Below are positions 8,922 through 18,600 of a DNA stretch of 64,000 nucleotides, piece after piece (positions within the stretch are counted from its first letter, which is position 1; the number at the start of each line of letters is the position of its first letter). This DNA is from a virus. Its lineage: Duplodnaviria > Heunggongvirae > Uroviricota > Caudoviricetes. The notes below the pieces were generated by a model. It did no database searches. It was given only the letters and a program-made list of their open reading frames with translations, and was not told the origin of the DNA. The stretch is from the IMG/VR virus record IMGVR_UViG_3300006155_000234. The stretch is one strand, 5' to 3'. Made by a program: the position numbers and the translations under genes.

Positions 8922-11453
8922 ATGAATTTTAAATTTGATGTACAAAGTACAAGTAAAGTAAATCCAGGATTAATATATAGTGTAAAAGAGGAACTTATAG
9001 AAACAAAAAATAAAAAATTCATTACAGATAATTTGCTAGATAACTTTGAAGAAGAATTAGAAGAAGATGGTACAGAATACAATCAAAGTTCATTTAATGA
9101 GGATAAAAGTGTAGAAAAACCAAATCAATTTGAACTAATGAATTCACCATATTACAGAATGTCAGAATTATCTAATAATGAATTGATAAGAAGATATTTG
9201 AATGATTCTATTGAAAATATTATAGTAGATGATGATGCATATACTAAATTTGAAAGAACACAAGATGATATTTTAAAAATTATCAAACTTATTAATGGTT
9301 CTAGTTTACAAGAAATAGCAGATACTCAAAATAAAGGCATTACATTATACAGAGAAGAATTTGTAGAAAATTTAAAATCTAAATTAAAAAGAAAAAGTAA
9401 GGGAAGTATAACAATAGATAAATTTGGTCTTAAAATAGATTATGAATTAGATACAGATGGAATAGTTAAATTTACTAGAGTTATATCCTTATATAATTAT
9501 ATTTTAAGTGGTACAGGAATAGACGAAACAATGTTTGATTTAGATAGAACAGAATATAGTACCATCTTTTGGGATTCGTTTTCAAAAACATATCCTGTTA
9601 TTCCAACTAATAAAAATATGATAATAGATTTTTCACTAATTTCTAAAAATTCTGATGGTAGAATGTCAACAATGGATGCAATAACAGAATTTAGAAATAT
9701 AGTAGATACAGGATGGGCTACTTTAATAGATACTAGAATTAATGCAGGTAATAATCATTATATGCAAGTATGTGAAATAAATGATAATACTCAAGTGCCT
9801 ATTATGGGTAGATATGGGAAAGTAGTATCACAATATATACCAATACATAAAACATTAACTAATAAACAATTATCAGAGTTCGAACTAAAAAATGGATTTG
9901 AATTATTTAGCCATTTAGAAACAGGTTATAATATAATAACTATGCCAGATGGTTTATTTGGCATACTTAATGAAGGTGAGTTTGCTTGTGCAAGAAAAAC
10001 AGGTATATCAACATTTGATGTATTAGTCATAAAAAATTTAAAAAAGATGAGCAGATTTAAAAATAAATATAAAGAAATGAAAGCAATAGACCCAACTTAT
10101 ACAGATATATTTGATGATGAAGATGGGGAACAAATACAAATAAAAACACTAGCAAAAAATAAAGTTATATCAACAGAAATGCAATTATATAATATATTCA
10201 TATCTACCCTACAAAAAAGCAGCAAAACATTGAGATATAAGGGTGGTAATTTCTCATTGCCTTATGAAGATATAAAACTTAATAAAAATATGATGTATGA
10301 ACCAGATACTCTATGGAAAGATTTTATAACAACAGATAGACTTATAGATGAAAGTGATAAAGCATATAATAGAAGACAATATACAATAGGAAATATGTTT
10401 AATAGATTTGTAACCCAATTTAATATTGAGGGAATGAAAGTAACAAGTAATGCTAAAAAATATGCAAATTCATTATTAAATAATATAAATGGAATTAATA
10501 AAAATTTTGGTATTATAAAACCAATAGACTATGAACAATTATCAAACATGACAGTAGGAGAAGTAGTCGATATAGATATGAAGTATTCATTTACAAAATC
10601 ATATTGTTCTTTTATGAATAAAAAGATTAAGGAAGAAAATAAGAACTTTAAAGAACAGGTTATAGACAAGATGCTTAAAGGGAATGGTGGAAAAAGAATA
10701 AAAGTATCAGAAATGATAAGTATAGACAAGTTCATGCATAATAAACTAAATAATATTATATCTAAATTAAGTGAGAATAACCCAGAAACTATTTTAAATT
10801 TAAAAGCAATAAAAGACTACAGGGATAAAATAAATAATATAAATAAAGAATTTGGTATAGATTTAGATATAGATGACTATATGATTGAATATTATAAACA
10901 AAAAAAGATATATAATGAATTTATTAATCAAATTCAAGTATATTCTAATATAAATACTTTATCATTTAGAACAAAACTAGATATACAAAAAATATTAGAG
11001 GAACACAATAAACTAACAGGAAATAATATACAAATACAAAATTTTAAAATGCAAGTAATAGACTTATCAAATGAAATTATAGAAGAAAATAAAGAAATAA
11101 TAAATAATTTAGAAGATAAACAAGTAAAATCAGTAGTAAGAAAAACAAATACAAATCTAAGAAGATTAAATAAGATATTGAAACAAAATATATATAGAAT
11201 AGTAAATTATAGAGATTATAAAACAGCAAAACAAGAAATAAATTTAAAAGAAATATGTATTAGTTTGAAAGAACAATTTAAAATTATATTAGAGAATAAA
11301 AATATAATTAAGACAAATAGATATATTGAAAATATTAATATTATGCAGAATTATATTGATAGTGTTCTAAAAGAATGTTATTCCATAGATTATTACGAAA
11401 AATATTCAATGAATTTATTATCACTAAATAATGTATGTGTTAATTGTGCATAA
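8922..11453 (+). CDS. Large hypothetical protein (843 aa) with K/N/I-rich helical C-terminal half
   Basis: ORF track; two promoter motifs upstream; no family recognised. Confidence 0.7.
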   Translation: MNFKFDVQSTSKVNPGLIYSVKEELIETKNKKFITDNLLDNFEEELEEDGTEYNQSSFNEDKSVEKPNQFELMNSPYYRMSELSNNELIRRYLNDSIENIIVDDDAYTKFERTQDDILKIIKLINGSSLQEIADTQNKGITLYREEFVENLKSKLKRKSKGSITIDKFGLKIDYELDTDGIVKFTRVISLYNYILSGTGIDETMFDLDRTEYSTIFWDSFSKTYPVIPTNKNMIIDFSLISKNSDGRMSTMDAITEFRNIVDTGWATLIDTRINAGNNHYMQVCEINDNTQVPIMGRYGKVVSQYIPIHKTLTNKQLSEFELKNGFELFSHLETGYNIITMPDGLFGILNEGEFACARKTGISTFDVLVIKNLKKMSRFKNKYKEMKAIDPTYTDIFDDEDGEQIQIKTLAKNKVISTEMQLYNIFISTLQKSSKTLRYKGGNFSLPYEDIKLNKNMMYEPDTLWKDFITTDRLIDESDKAYNRRQYTIGNMFNRFVTQFNIEGMKVTSNAKKYANSLLNNINGINKNFGIIKPIDYEQLSNMTVGEVVDIDMKYSFTKSYCSFMNKKIKEENKNFKEQVIDKMLKGNGGKRIKVSEMISIDKFMHNKLNNIISKLSENNPETILNLKAIKDYRDKINNINKEFGIDLDIDDYMIEYYKQKKIYNEFINQIQVYSNINTLSFRTKLDIQKILEEHNKLTGNNIQIQNFKMQVIDLSNEIIEENKEIINNLEDKQVKSVVRKTNTNLRRLNKILKQNIYRIVNYRDYKTAKQEINLKEICISLKEQFKIILENKNIIKTNRYIENINIMQNYIDSVLKECYSIDYYEKYSMNLLSLNNVCVNCA

Positions 11454-11899
11454 TCGATGAAATGCAGTATTTTCAAAGGTTTTAAGGTTTTCAAAAATTA
11501 AATGTTGAAAGCCTATTAAGTGTTCCAAGAAATTTTTAGAATTTAATAAAATATAAATAAGTTTTACTAAATAACAATATATTACTAAAATAGATATTAA
11601 ATATACTGAATAATTGTATGAATTTAGGAAGCAATTTTAATAATTATTTTTGAAGATAAATAAGAGTTTTCGTCATTCAACATTTTTGGCTATTTACTAT
11701 ATGCCTCCTCATATTCTAATATATATTATATTTTTCATGTTCTTTTATTTAAAATTTATTTTATATTTAAAATTATATTTTATATTAAAATCATATCAAG
11801 AATAAATTGAAGAAGAGGAAGAATGTAAATAATCTTACACGTAAATCAAAATCTGAAATTCCATCAAAATATTTCAAAATATAGAATATTGTGGTAATA
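11454..11899. other. Long AT-rich non-coding region, candidate replication origin
   Basis: About 450 bp with no ORF; 10-bp inverted repeat AAATGTTGAA (11500-11509) / TTCAACATTT (11676-11685); long A/T tracts. Confidence 0.35.
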
Positions 11900-11916
11900 T
11901 AGATGTTATATATAAT
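11900..11916 (+). promoter_or_regulatory. AGATGTTATATATAAT phage promoter motif
   Basis: Directly upstream of the GAGGAGG RBS of the DinG gene. Confidence 0.65.
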
Positions 11917-11929
11917 GAGGAGGTAACAA

Positions 11930-14248
11930 ATGAATACAATAGATGATTTGACTAAACAGGAAATAGAAGAAATTAATGAAGAGTATAATAAAGAATTAGA
12001 GCAATATTCTTTATTAGAAGATAATCTAGCAGAAATATTAAATTCAAAATGTAGTCTATCAACAAAAAGTATAGCTGCATTGAAATACTTAATTAGTAAA
12101 CTTCCAAATGGAGAAATTAGACCTCAACAATTAATCTTAATACATAAAATAAGTAATGTTATTGAGTATAAAGATGATGGCTTAATGCAAGCTGGGACTG
12201 GTGTTGGTAAAAGTATTGCATATTTAATACCTGCCATTATTAGTAAGAGAAAATGTTTTGTTAGTACCTCAACTATTCAGCTTACTTCTCAATTAGCAGA
12301 TAAAGATTTGCCAACATTAAAAAAGTATTTATTTCCAGAATTAGAATATTTAGCATTGCAGAGTTTGTCTAATTATATATGTCCAAGAAAAATGACAGAA
12401 TTATTAGATGAATTACATAAAGATGAAAAAATATTTATGAAATCAAGACCTGAAGAATATAAATCTTTACAGAAAGTAGTTCCTCAATATGAGGAATATT
12501 TAAAGGGGAATATAAAGGAAGAATATTTTACTATCGATAGTTTAGGTTGTAATTGTGAAAGTTTTTCTTGTGCTGGTTCTAATTGTATAAAAAATTGTAA
12601 ATTTGAAGGTAGAAATTCTTGTCCTGTTTATAAAATAGTAAATAGAGCATATTCAAGTAATGTAGTTATTACAAATCATGCATATATTAGTAGAATGATT
12701 GTAGATGCAAGTAAACAAAGGGACAAAAATTTGGGTGTATTAAAAAGTAGATATTTATGGATATGCGATGAAGCACATGATTTGGATAATTGGCTTGAGA
12801 AGGCTTTTTCAACAGAAGTTACACAAGGTGAGCTTAAGTATAATTTATTAGCAAAATTAAATAAATATGTAAATGAAACAAAGATTGAAGATACTTTCAG
12901 CGAGGAGTATGATAGGTATAATTATTGTATGCAAAAATTAGAAGAACATAATCCTGATATTAGAGATATTATGTATCAGTCAGGAAATGATGTAAAACAA
13001 GATGTAATTGAATTAGGTGTTGCTGTAGGTAGATTATATAATATAATGGATAAGTACAGACAGGATATTAAAGAAAAAATAGAAATATATAACACAAATT
13101 CAACAAAACCAATAACTTCTTTAGAAGATGTATTTGAATTTGAAAAAGATGATATAGAAACTATATCTAAAGACGTAAATAAGTTATTATCATTAAAGGT
13201 AAGATTAGATACATTATCATGTGTCAATGTTAAGTATATTCCAACAGTTAAAAGAATATTAGATACTTTATTAGAAATAGAAAGAATATTCAATCTTGCA
13301 TATATTGATAAAAATTCTTATGTTACATATTTTAATTATATTGAAACAGATAAAGAAAGTGTAGAACCATTTAGAATATCTGCAACATATCTAAATACAG
13401 GAGATGCTTTACAAGCAGGTTTAGGATTTTTAGATGGGGATAAATCAAATATAACTACTATAAATGAAAATAAAGTAAATTTAATTGGTGTATCTGCTAC
13501 ATTATGTGTTGAAAACAGTTTTAGAGATTCAGCAGATAAATTAGGTATGTTGAAGCTTAAAGATATAAAATGTCAATGTTCAGATGTAGGAACAGTATTT
13601 GACTACCCTAAACAAGGATTAATGTATATACCTCAAAATATTCCTGATGTAAAAACAAAAAGAAAAGAACATTTTGATTACTTTAAATCAAATGTAAAAA
13701 CATTAATTGAAGCATCTAATGGTGGTGCATTAATATTATGTACTACATCAAGAGAAACAAGTGAAACTTATACATATTTGTTAAATGAATTAGGAGATAA
13801 ATATACTATTTTATGTGCAGATGATAAAAGATGGAAAAATAAAAATGAACTAGTTACTACATTTAGAGAAGATACAAATAGTGTTTTAGTTGGTACTAGA
13901 GGTTTCTTTCAAGGTTTGGATGTACAAGGTGATTCATTAAGATTACTATGTTTGAATAAATTGCCTTTTGGAAATCCAGGAGTAGTAAGTAAAAGAAAAA
14001 GTGAGATTGCAGAATCAAAAGGATTAGATGCATTTAGAGTTACAGCTGTTGTCCCTACTACAATGATGTTATTACAGGCAATAGGTAGACTTATAAGACA
14101 TACATCTGATAAGGGTGTTGTAGCAATATTTGATAACAGATTATATAGTGGTGTAAGATGGCTATCTCCTGTAGTTCGTTCACTACCACCATTTACTGCT
14201 GTTGACACCGTAGAGGATGTTGAAGAATTTTTTACAAATAATTTATAA
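11930..14248 (+). CDS. dinG: DinG/YoaA-family ATP-dependent DNA helicase
   Basis: AGTGVGKS, STSTIQL, Cys cluster (Fe-S), ICDEAH, SATL, QGLDVQG..L..L...KLPF, QAIGRLIRH..D.G. Confidence 0.92.
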   Translation: MNTIDDLTKQEIEEINEEYNKELEQYSLLEDNLAEILNSKCSLSTKSIAALKYLISKLPNGEIRPQQLILIHKISNVIEYKDDGLMQAGTGVGKSIAYLIPAIISKRKCFVSTSTIQLTSQLADKDLPTLKKYLFPELEYLALQSLSNYICPRKMTELLDELHKDEKIFMKSRPEEYKSLQKVVPQYEEYLKGNIKEEYFTIDSLGCNCESFSCAGSNCIKNCKFEGRNSCPVYKIVNRAYSSNVVITNHAYISRMIVDASKQRDKNLGVLKSRYLWICDEAHDLDNWLEKAFSTEVTQGELKYNLLAKLNKYVNETKIEDTFSEEYDRYNYCMQKLEEHNPDIRDIMYQSGNDVKQDVIELGVAVGRLYNIMDKYRQDIKEKIEIYNTNSTKPITSLEDVFEFEKDDIETISKDVNKLLSLKVRLDTLSCVNVKYIPTVKRILDTLLEIERIFNLAYIDKNSYVTYFNYIETDKESVEPFRISATYLNTGDALQAGLGFLDGDKSNITTINENKVNLIGVSATLCVENSFRDSADKLGMLKLKDIKCQCSDVGTVFDYPKQGLMYIPQNIPDVKTKRKEHFDYFKSNVKTLIEASNGGALILCTTSRETSETYTYLLNELGDKYTILCADDKRWKNKNELVTTFREDTNSVLVGTRGFFQGLDVQGDSLRLLCLNKLPFGNPGVVSKRKSEIAESKGLDAFRVTAVVPTTMMLLQAIGRLIRHTSDKGVVAIFDNRLYSGVRWLSPVVRSLPPFTAVDTVEDVEEFFTNNL

Positions 14249-14261
14249 GAGGTGAAAAATT

Positions 14262-14417
14262 ATGGCATTTGATTTAGATGATGAGGAATTGGAAATGACA
14301 AGGGTTTATATAAATCATTTAGAACCTAAAAATAAAGATGTTAAAAATAATAGTATTGATAAGTTTAAATATTTGTCAAGTAATAAATTAAAGGAGGATA
14401 AAGAAAATGGGAAATGA
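14262..14417 (+). CDS. Small hypothetical protein (51 aa, MAFDLDDEELEMTR...)
   Basis: Manual translation; AGAGGTG RBS. Confidence 0.6.
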   Translation: MAFDLDDEELEMTRVYINHLEPKNKDVKNNSIDKFKYLSSNKLKEDKENGK

Positions 14418-14709
14418 TAGTTTCTTAAAATTATGTAAATTGTTAGTAAAGGATTATTATAATGATATTGTTGAAAAAACTGATGATTTTAAAATAACAG
14501 AAGATAATATTTATATTGTATGGAGTTGTAAAACATTACAAAATAATAAAGCATTAGTAAGTACATCTGTTAGCGATGGTATGTACTATGAAATTACTTA
14601 CAACGGTGATAAAGATGAAGTTTATTTTGATGCCTATAAAAAATGGGAAAATAAAGCAAAGAAAGTTACAGAATTTCTTAAAGAGAAAGGTATTGATTTA
14701 GATGATTAA
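14407..14709 (+). CDS. DUF6275-like phage protein
   Basis: VWSCKTLQNNKALVST...DGMYYEITYNGDKDE.Y.DAYKKWEN. Confidence 0.75.
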   Translation: MGNDSFLKLCKLLVKDYYNDIVEKTDDFKITEDNIYIVWSCKTLQNNKALVSTSVSDGMYYEITYNGDKDEVYFDAYKKWENKAKKVTEFLKEKGIDLDD

Positions 14710-14995
14710 TAAAGTATCTGATTTAGCAGATTATGACAGGAATATGACAGTAGGGGAAGTTATAGAACAATTTAAGAAGGAAAGACCTCATATATGCCCT
14801 AAATGTAATGGTACTGGAGAAGTTTATAATGATGTAGATGAAAATTATGATTTATGTGGACCTCATTCAAGTAGTGGTTATATAAAATGTGATATATGTA
14901 GTGGGCATGGAAGAACTATTGATAAATATGTACCTGTTTATAAGTTAATTGGATATAAGACAGGAGTTGAAACACCTATTTATGAAACAGATTAA
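14702..14995 (+). CDS. Zinc-finger protein (two CxxCxGxG motifs)
   Basis: CPKCNGTG and CDICSGHG. Confidence 0.65.
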   Translation: MINKVSDLADYDRNMTVGEVIEQFKKERPHICPKCNGTGEVYNDVDENYDLCGPHSSSGYIKCDICSGHGRTIDKYVPVYKLIGYKTGVETPIYETD

Positions 14996-15281
14996 AATTA
15001 AAGATACTATTGATTTATACAAATTGACTATGCCACCCTTTAATTTTTCATTTGTAATAGATTATGCATGTGTAGATAAGTATAAGGCTAATTTTTATTG
15101 TAAAAAGATTTATACTGGAAATGATAATGATGATAAGACGTTTTATAAGATATTTGAGTATGATAGAATTATAAGAATACCTAGATTAGATGGTGCATTA
15201 GATGATACATTATATCATCTAATTAAAAATGATTTAACGGAGGTTATTGAAACAGATGGAAACAATAAAGTTTGGTATTAG
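14982..15281 (+). CDS. Hypothetical protein
   Basis: ORF 14949..15281; the ATG overlapping the previous stop (MKQIKIK) is the likely start. Confidence 0.5.
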   Translation: MKQIKIKDTIDLYKLTMPPFNFSFVIDYACVDKYKANFYCKKIYTGNDNDDKTFYKIFEYDRIIRIPRLDGALDDTLYHLIKNDLTEVIETDGNNKVWY

Positions 15282-15597
15282 TTTTGCAAATTGGTATAAA
15301 TATATAATACCTAAAAGAATGGTAACTCACTATTATATATTTAGATGGTTATGTTTTATTTGGGTAGTAGATAGAGAAAGATACCAGAAAAATCAGGTAC
15401 AAAAGGGAATTAGAAGTTCTTTTATATATTGTCCCAAATGTAATGCTGATTTAATTGAAAATAATAGTTTTATAGAAGATACAGATTTTGTTTATTATAA
15501 GTGTACTAATTGTGGTACTAAAAGTAAATGGGATTTTGATGCCCCATGTCCAATATTAATGGATAGTGATATAAAATTAGATGGGAGAGGTAAATAA
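15256..15597 (+). CDS. Zinc-ribbon protein (CPKC...CTNC)
   Basis: ORF 15247..15597; paired CxxC motifs. Confidence 0.55.
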   Translation: METIKFGISFANWYKYIIPKRMVTHYYIFRWLCFIWVVDRERYQKNQVQKGIRSSFIYCPKCNADLIENNSFIEDTDFVYYKCTNCGTKSKWDFDAPCPILMDSDIKLDGRGK

Positions 15598-15866
15598 TGA
15601 AAATTAAAGAGAATGTAGACTTACAAAAGCTAAAAAGTTTTGGGTATAAATATGACCCATCTACTGGAGGATATTATAAAGTTTATTTTCCTAAATTTTT
15701 AAAACTTATACCAATACCATATCATAATATGGTTAGAGGATTAGCAATATATGATGATAGAAAAATTATAATTAAAAAGAAATATGGTTTTGCATGGATA
15801 CCAGCACTTAATGATTTATTTGCAATTAGAGATTTAATTCATGCAGGATTAGTTGAGGAGGTATAG
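15597..15866 (+). CDS. Hypothetical protein (MKIKENVDLQKLKSFGY...)
   Basis: ORF track; translationally coupled to the upstream gene. Confidence 0.6.
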   Translation: MKIKENVDLQKLKSFGYKYDPSTGGYYKVYFPKFLKLIPIPYHNMVRGLAIYDDRKIIIKKKYGFAWIPALNDLFAIRDLIHAGLVEEV

Positions 15867-15868
15867 TA

Positions 15869-16255
15869 ATGAGTTTAAGAATAAATATTTGCCAAGCAAA
15901 GGGATATGAGGGAGAAACAGTTGGTGACATTGAGAAGAGAAGATATCCTATATTAAAAGAATTAGAATTTATATCAGGTGGTGAAAAGAATGTAATTAAG
16001 TATTTATCAGAGAGCCAGATAGAAGAAATTATAATGATGGGTAATATTTTATTGAGTTATAATGCAAATAATAGTGATGATTATGTTAAATTTAGTGTGA
16101 ATGTGGATACTTATGATGATAATGGTGTTACTTGTTACCACTTGCTTATAACAACATCAGACTACGATGAAGAAGGAATGACATTTGGTGGTGTTGAATT
16201 TTTTTATGATATATCAAAAGATTTATATAATAAGTTTAAAAGCAGGGGGTTGTAG
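15869..16255 (+). CDS. Hypothetical protein
   Basis: ORF track; GAGGAGG RBS. Confidence 0.6.
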   Translation: MSLRINICQAKGYEGETVGDIEKRRYPILKELEFISGGEKNVIKYLSESQIEEIIMMGNILLSYNANNSDDYVKFSVNVDTYDDNGVTCYHLLITTSDYDEEGMTFGGVEFFYDISKDLYNKFKSRGL

Positions 16256-16257
16256 CA

Positions 16258-17427
16258 ATGAGATTATTTATATATTCAGATGTACATATAAGTAGAACAA
16301 GTAGTATATTACCTATTACAAGTAGTTATAGAAAATATACATATAGACAAGATATGATAGTAAAAACTGCACAATGGATGACAGATATTATTCAACAAAA
16401 TAATGTTGATATGATTATAAATTTAGGAGATACATTCGACCAAAATACAATAACAAGCTATGATATAGATACTGCAAGTGAATTTTTTAAAGTATTTCAA
16501 TATCTAAATAAACAACATATAATATTATGTGGAAATCATGAGATGCTTAATACAGATTATAATGTATTAAAATTATTAGACAATATACAAGGAATACAAG
16601 TTATTGATACACCAACAGTTATTGACAATTTATTATTCTTACCATATTGTGACTATAAAGATTTAGACTTATCAAATTATAATGGTAGTGATTATGCTTT
16701 TATGCACCACGATATATATGGTAGTAAAATTTCTGCAAATAGAATACTTGATTTTGGAATAGAGAAAGACAGTTTATCTAAATTTAAGAAAGTATTTAAT
16801 GGGCATGTTCATGCTTGTAGTAAATTTGCAAATATAGTAAATGTAGGAAGTATAACAACTCATTCTTTTGCAGATAGCACTGATTCAGTTCCTACTTGTT
16901 ATATATTTGATACAATTACACAAGAATTGAAAGAGTTTGAAAATAAAATATGCCCTTTATTTAGAAAAATAAAAATAGATACTATTGAAGAAGCTAATGA
17001 TTATATTAAAGAAGCAGAGAATAGCACCTATAATTTTATATTACAGGTTGAATGTGATTTTGAGATGAAAAATGATATAGAAGCATTATTACAAAATTGT
17101 AATAAAATACTTAATTATAAAATAGTTACAAAATCAATTAAGCAAGAAGAACAAAATCAAAATAGTAATATTACATTGGAAAGTAATTTAGATATAAAAC
17201 AATCTTTTAAAGATTTTTTAAATTCAGGTGTTGAGTTAAGATATCCTATGAATTTATATAATGTAGTTATTGGAGAAGTTAAAGGGCAAGAAGAAGTTAA
17301 TGTAAATGATATAACTAATTATGATACTGGAGAAGTTATAAATACTTGGGAAGCTAAATATGGAATTGAAAATAAAAGTCAAGAAAATATGGATAAGATT
17401 TCAAATAAATCAAGTAATTTATTTTAG
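16258..17427 (+). CDS. sbcD: SbcD/Mre11-like metallophosphoesterase nuclease
   Basis: SDVH, LGDTFD, CGNHE, FMHH and NGHVH calcineurin-like motifs; C-terminus SSNLF. Confidence 0.88.
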   Translation: MRLFIYSDVHISRTSSILPITSSYRKYTYRQDMIVKTAQWMTDIIQQNNVDMIINLGDTFDQNTITSYDIDTASEFFKVFQYLNKQHIILCGNHEMLNTDYNVLKLLDNIQGIQVIDTPTVIDNLLFLPYCDYKDLDLSNYNGSDYAFMHHDIYGSKISANRILDFGIEKDSLSKFKKVFNGHVHACSKFANIVNVGSITTHSFADSTDSVPTCYIFDTITQELKEFENKICPLFRKIKIDTIEEANDYIKEAENSTYNFILQVECDFEMKNDIEALLQNCNKILNYKIVTKSIKQEEQNQNSNITLESNLDIKQSFKDFLNSGVELRYPMNLYNVVIGEVKGQEEVNVNDITNYDTGEVINTWEAKYGIENKSQENMDKISNKSSNLF

Positions 17428-17438
17428 GGGTGTTTTGA

Positions 17439-18314
17439 ATGGGTAAACATATAAAAAAGTCTAATAAAGGTGTATATGGATTTAAGTTGTTAGATTATTT
17501 AGAATATATTGTATATTCTAATCTTAATACTAAAATATATAAGGTCGAGGAGGTTGGACTAAAGGGAGAGTTATTCGCAGATATACCAAAATTCAATGGA
17601 GAATATATGATTAGTAATAAAGGAAACATATTTAGAAAGATTTACAATAAGTCTTTTAGTAAATGGGAATATACAAAGGTATCTGTATTTATGGATAAAT
17701 TTATATCTGAAAAGGAACAGGGTAATGGAACTGTAAACAATTATTTATATGCAAATATTATTAGTGATGGTAAATCTTATAAATTATGGGTAGGAAGAAC
17801 AGTTGCAGAATTATTTGTTCCTAAACCAAAATACATTTTATTTAAAGATGGACTATTTGAATCTAAAATACCAATAGACCAAAGTAAGCTTAGAGTGTGC
17901 TATAAAAATAATACTGGAACAGATGTAAGTAGCGATAATATAAGATGGGTGTTTAGAAATGATGTGAGCTATAAAGGTGTTACTATTGGAAATAATACCT
18001 TACCTAAATATAATAATAACGGAGAGCGTTATGTTGTTTATAGAGTTAGCGATGGATTTGTTAAAAAGATATTTTCTAATATTAGAGATACTGGTGCATT
18101 CCTAGGATACCCAAATGCAAATGGTGACGTTACTATAAGATTGTGTAAAGGAAGAAGAAAAACAATTACAGATATAGAAGGTGACGTTGTATCCTGTAGA
18201 AAACTAAGTCAACTTAAAAATGATACTACAAGAGAATGTGTCAATTTGTATGAAAGTGCATTAAAGGTGCTGAATATGGAAAAAGAAAAAGAGATTTCTA
18301 ATAAATTATTTTAA
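17439..18314 (+). CDS. NUMOD4 + degenerate HNH + NUMOD1-like protein (probably nuclease-dead homing endonuclease derivative)
   Basis: DIPKFNGEYMISNKGNI (NUMOD4); VGRTVAELFV...VCYKNNTGTDVSSDNIRWV aligns to the HNH_3 pattern but with the His residues lost; KIFSNIRDTGAFLG (NUMOD1-like); ends SNKLF. Confidence 0.6.
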   Translation: MGKHIKKSNKGVYGFKLLDYLEYIVYSNLNTKIYKVEEVGLKGELFADIPKFNGEYMISNKGNIFRKIYNKSFSKWEYTKVSVFMDKFISEKEQGNGTVNNYLYANIISDGKSYKLWVGRTVAELFVPKPKYILFKDGLFESKIPIDQSKLRVCYKNNTGTDVSSDNIRWVFRNDVSYKGVTIGNNTLPKYNNNGERYVVYRVSDGFVKKIFSNIRDTGAFLGYPNANGDVTIRLCKGRRKTITDIEGDVVSCRKLSQLKNDTTRECVNLYESALKVLNMEKEKEISNKLF

Positions 18315-18327
18315 GGAGTGTATAAGT

Positions 18328-18561
18328 ATGTTTGATATGAGATGTAAAGAAGATGTAATGAGGGATATATCTATATTAAATGATATATGTTTAGAATATC
18401 AAAATTATAAAGGAATTATAGCAGCTTGTTTAAAACAATGTAATATTAAAGAGATAAAGGTTTGTAAATGTTCTAAAAATAAAAAGTTAGACAATATTCA
18501 AGAAAGATTAAATTGTAAAGAGTGTCAAGGGACAGGATATAAAATCATATTTAATAAGTAG
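18328..18561 (+). CDS. Small Cys-rich protein (CKC...CKECQGTG)
   Basis: ORF track; AAGGAG RBS. Confidence 0.6.
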   Translation: MFDMRCKEDVMRDISILNDICLEYQNYKGIIAACLKQCNIKEIKVCKCSKNKKLDNIQERLNCKECQGTGYKIIFNK

Positions 18562-18565
18562 ATTA

Positions 18566-18578
18566 AAGATGTTATAAA
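18566..18578 (+). promoter_or_regulatory. AAGATGTTATAAA phage promoter motif
   Basis: Intergenic, upstream of the methyltransferase pair. Confidence 0.7.
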
Positions 18579-18600
18579 TAGCAGAGAGGTGTAAGAGAAA

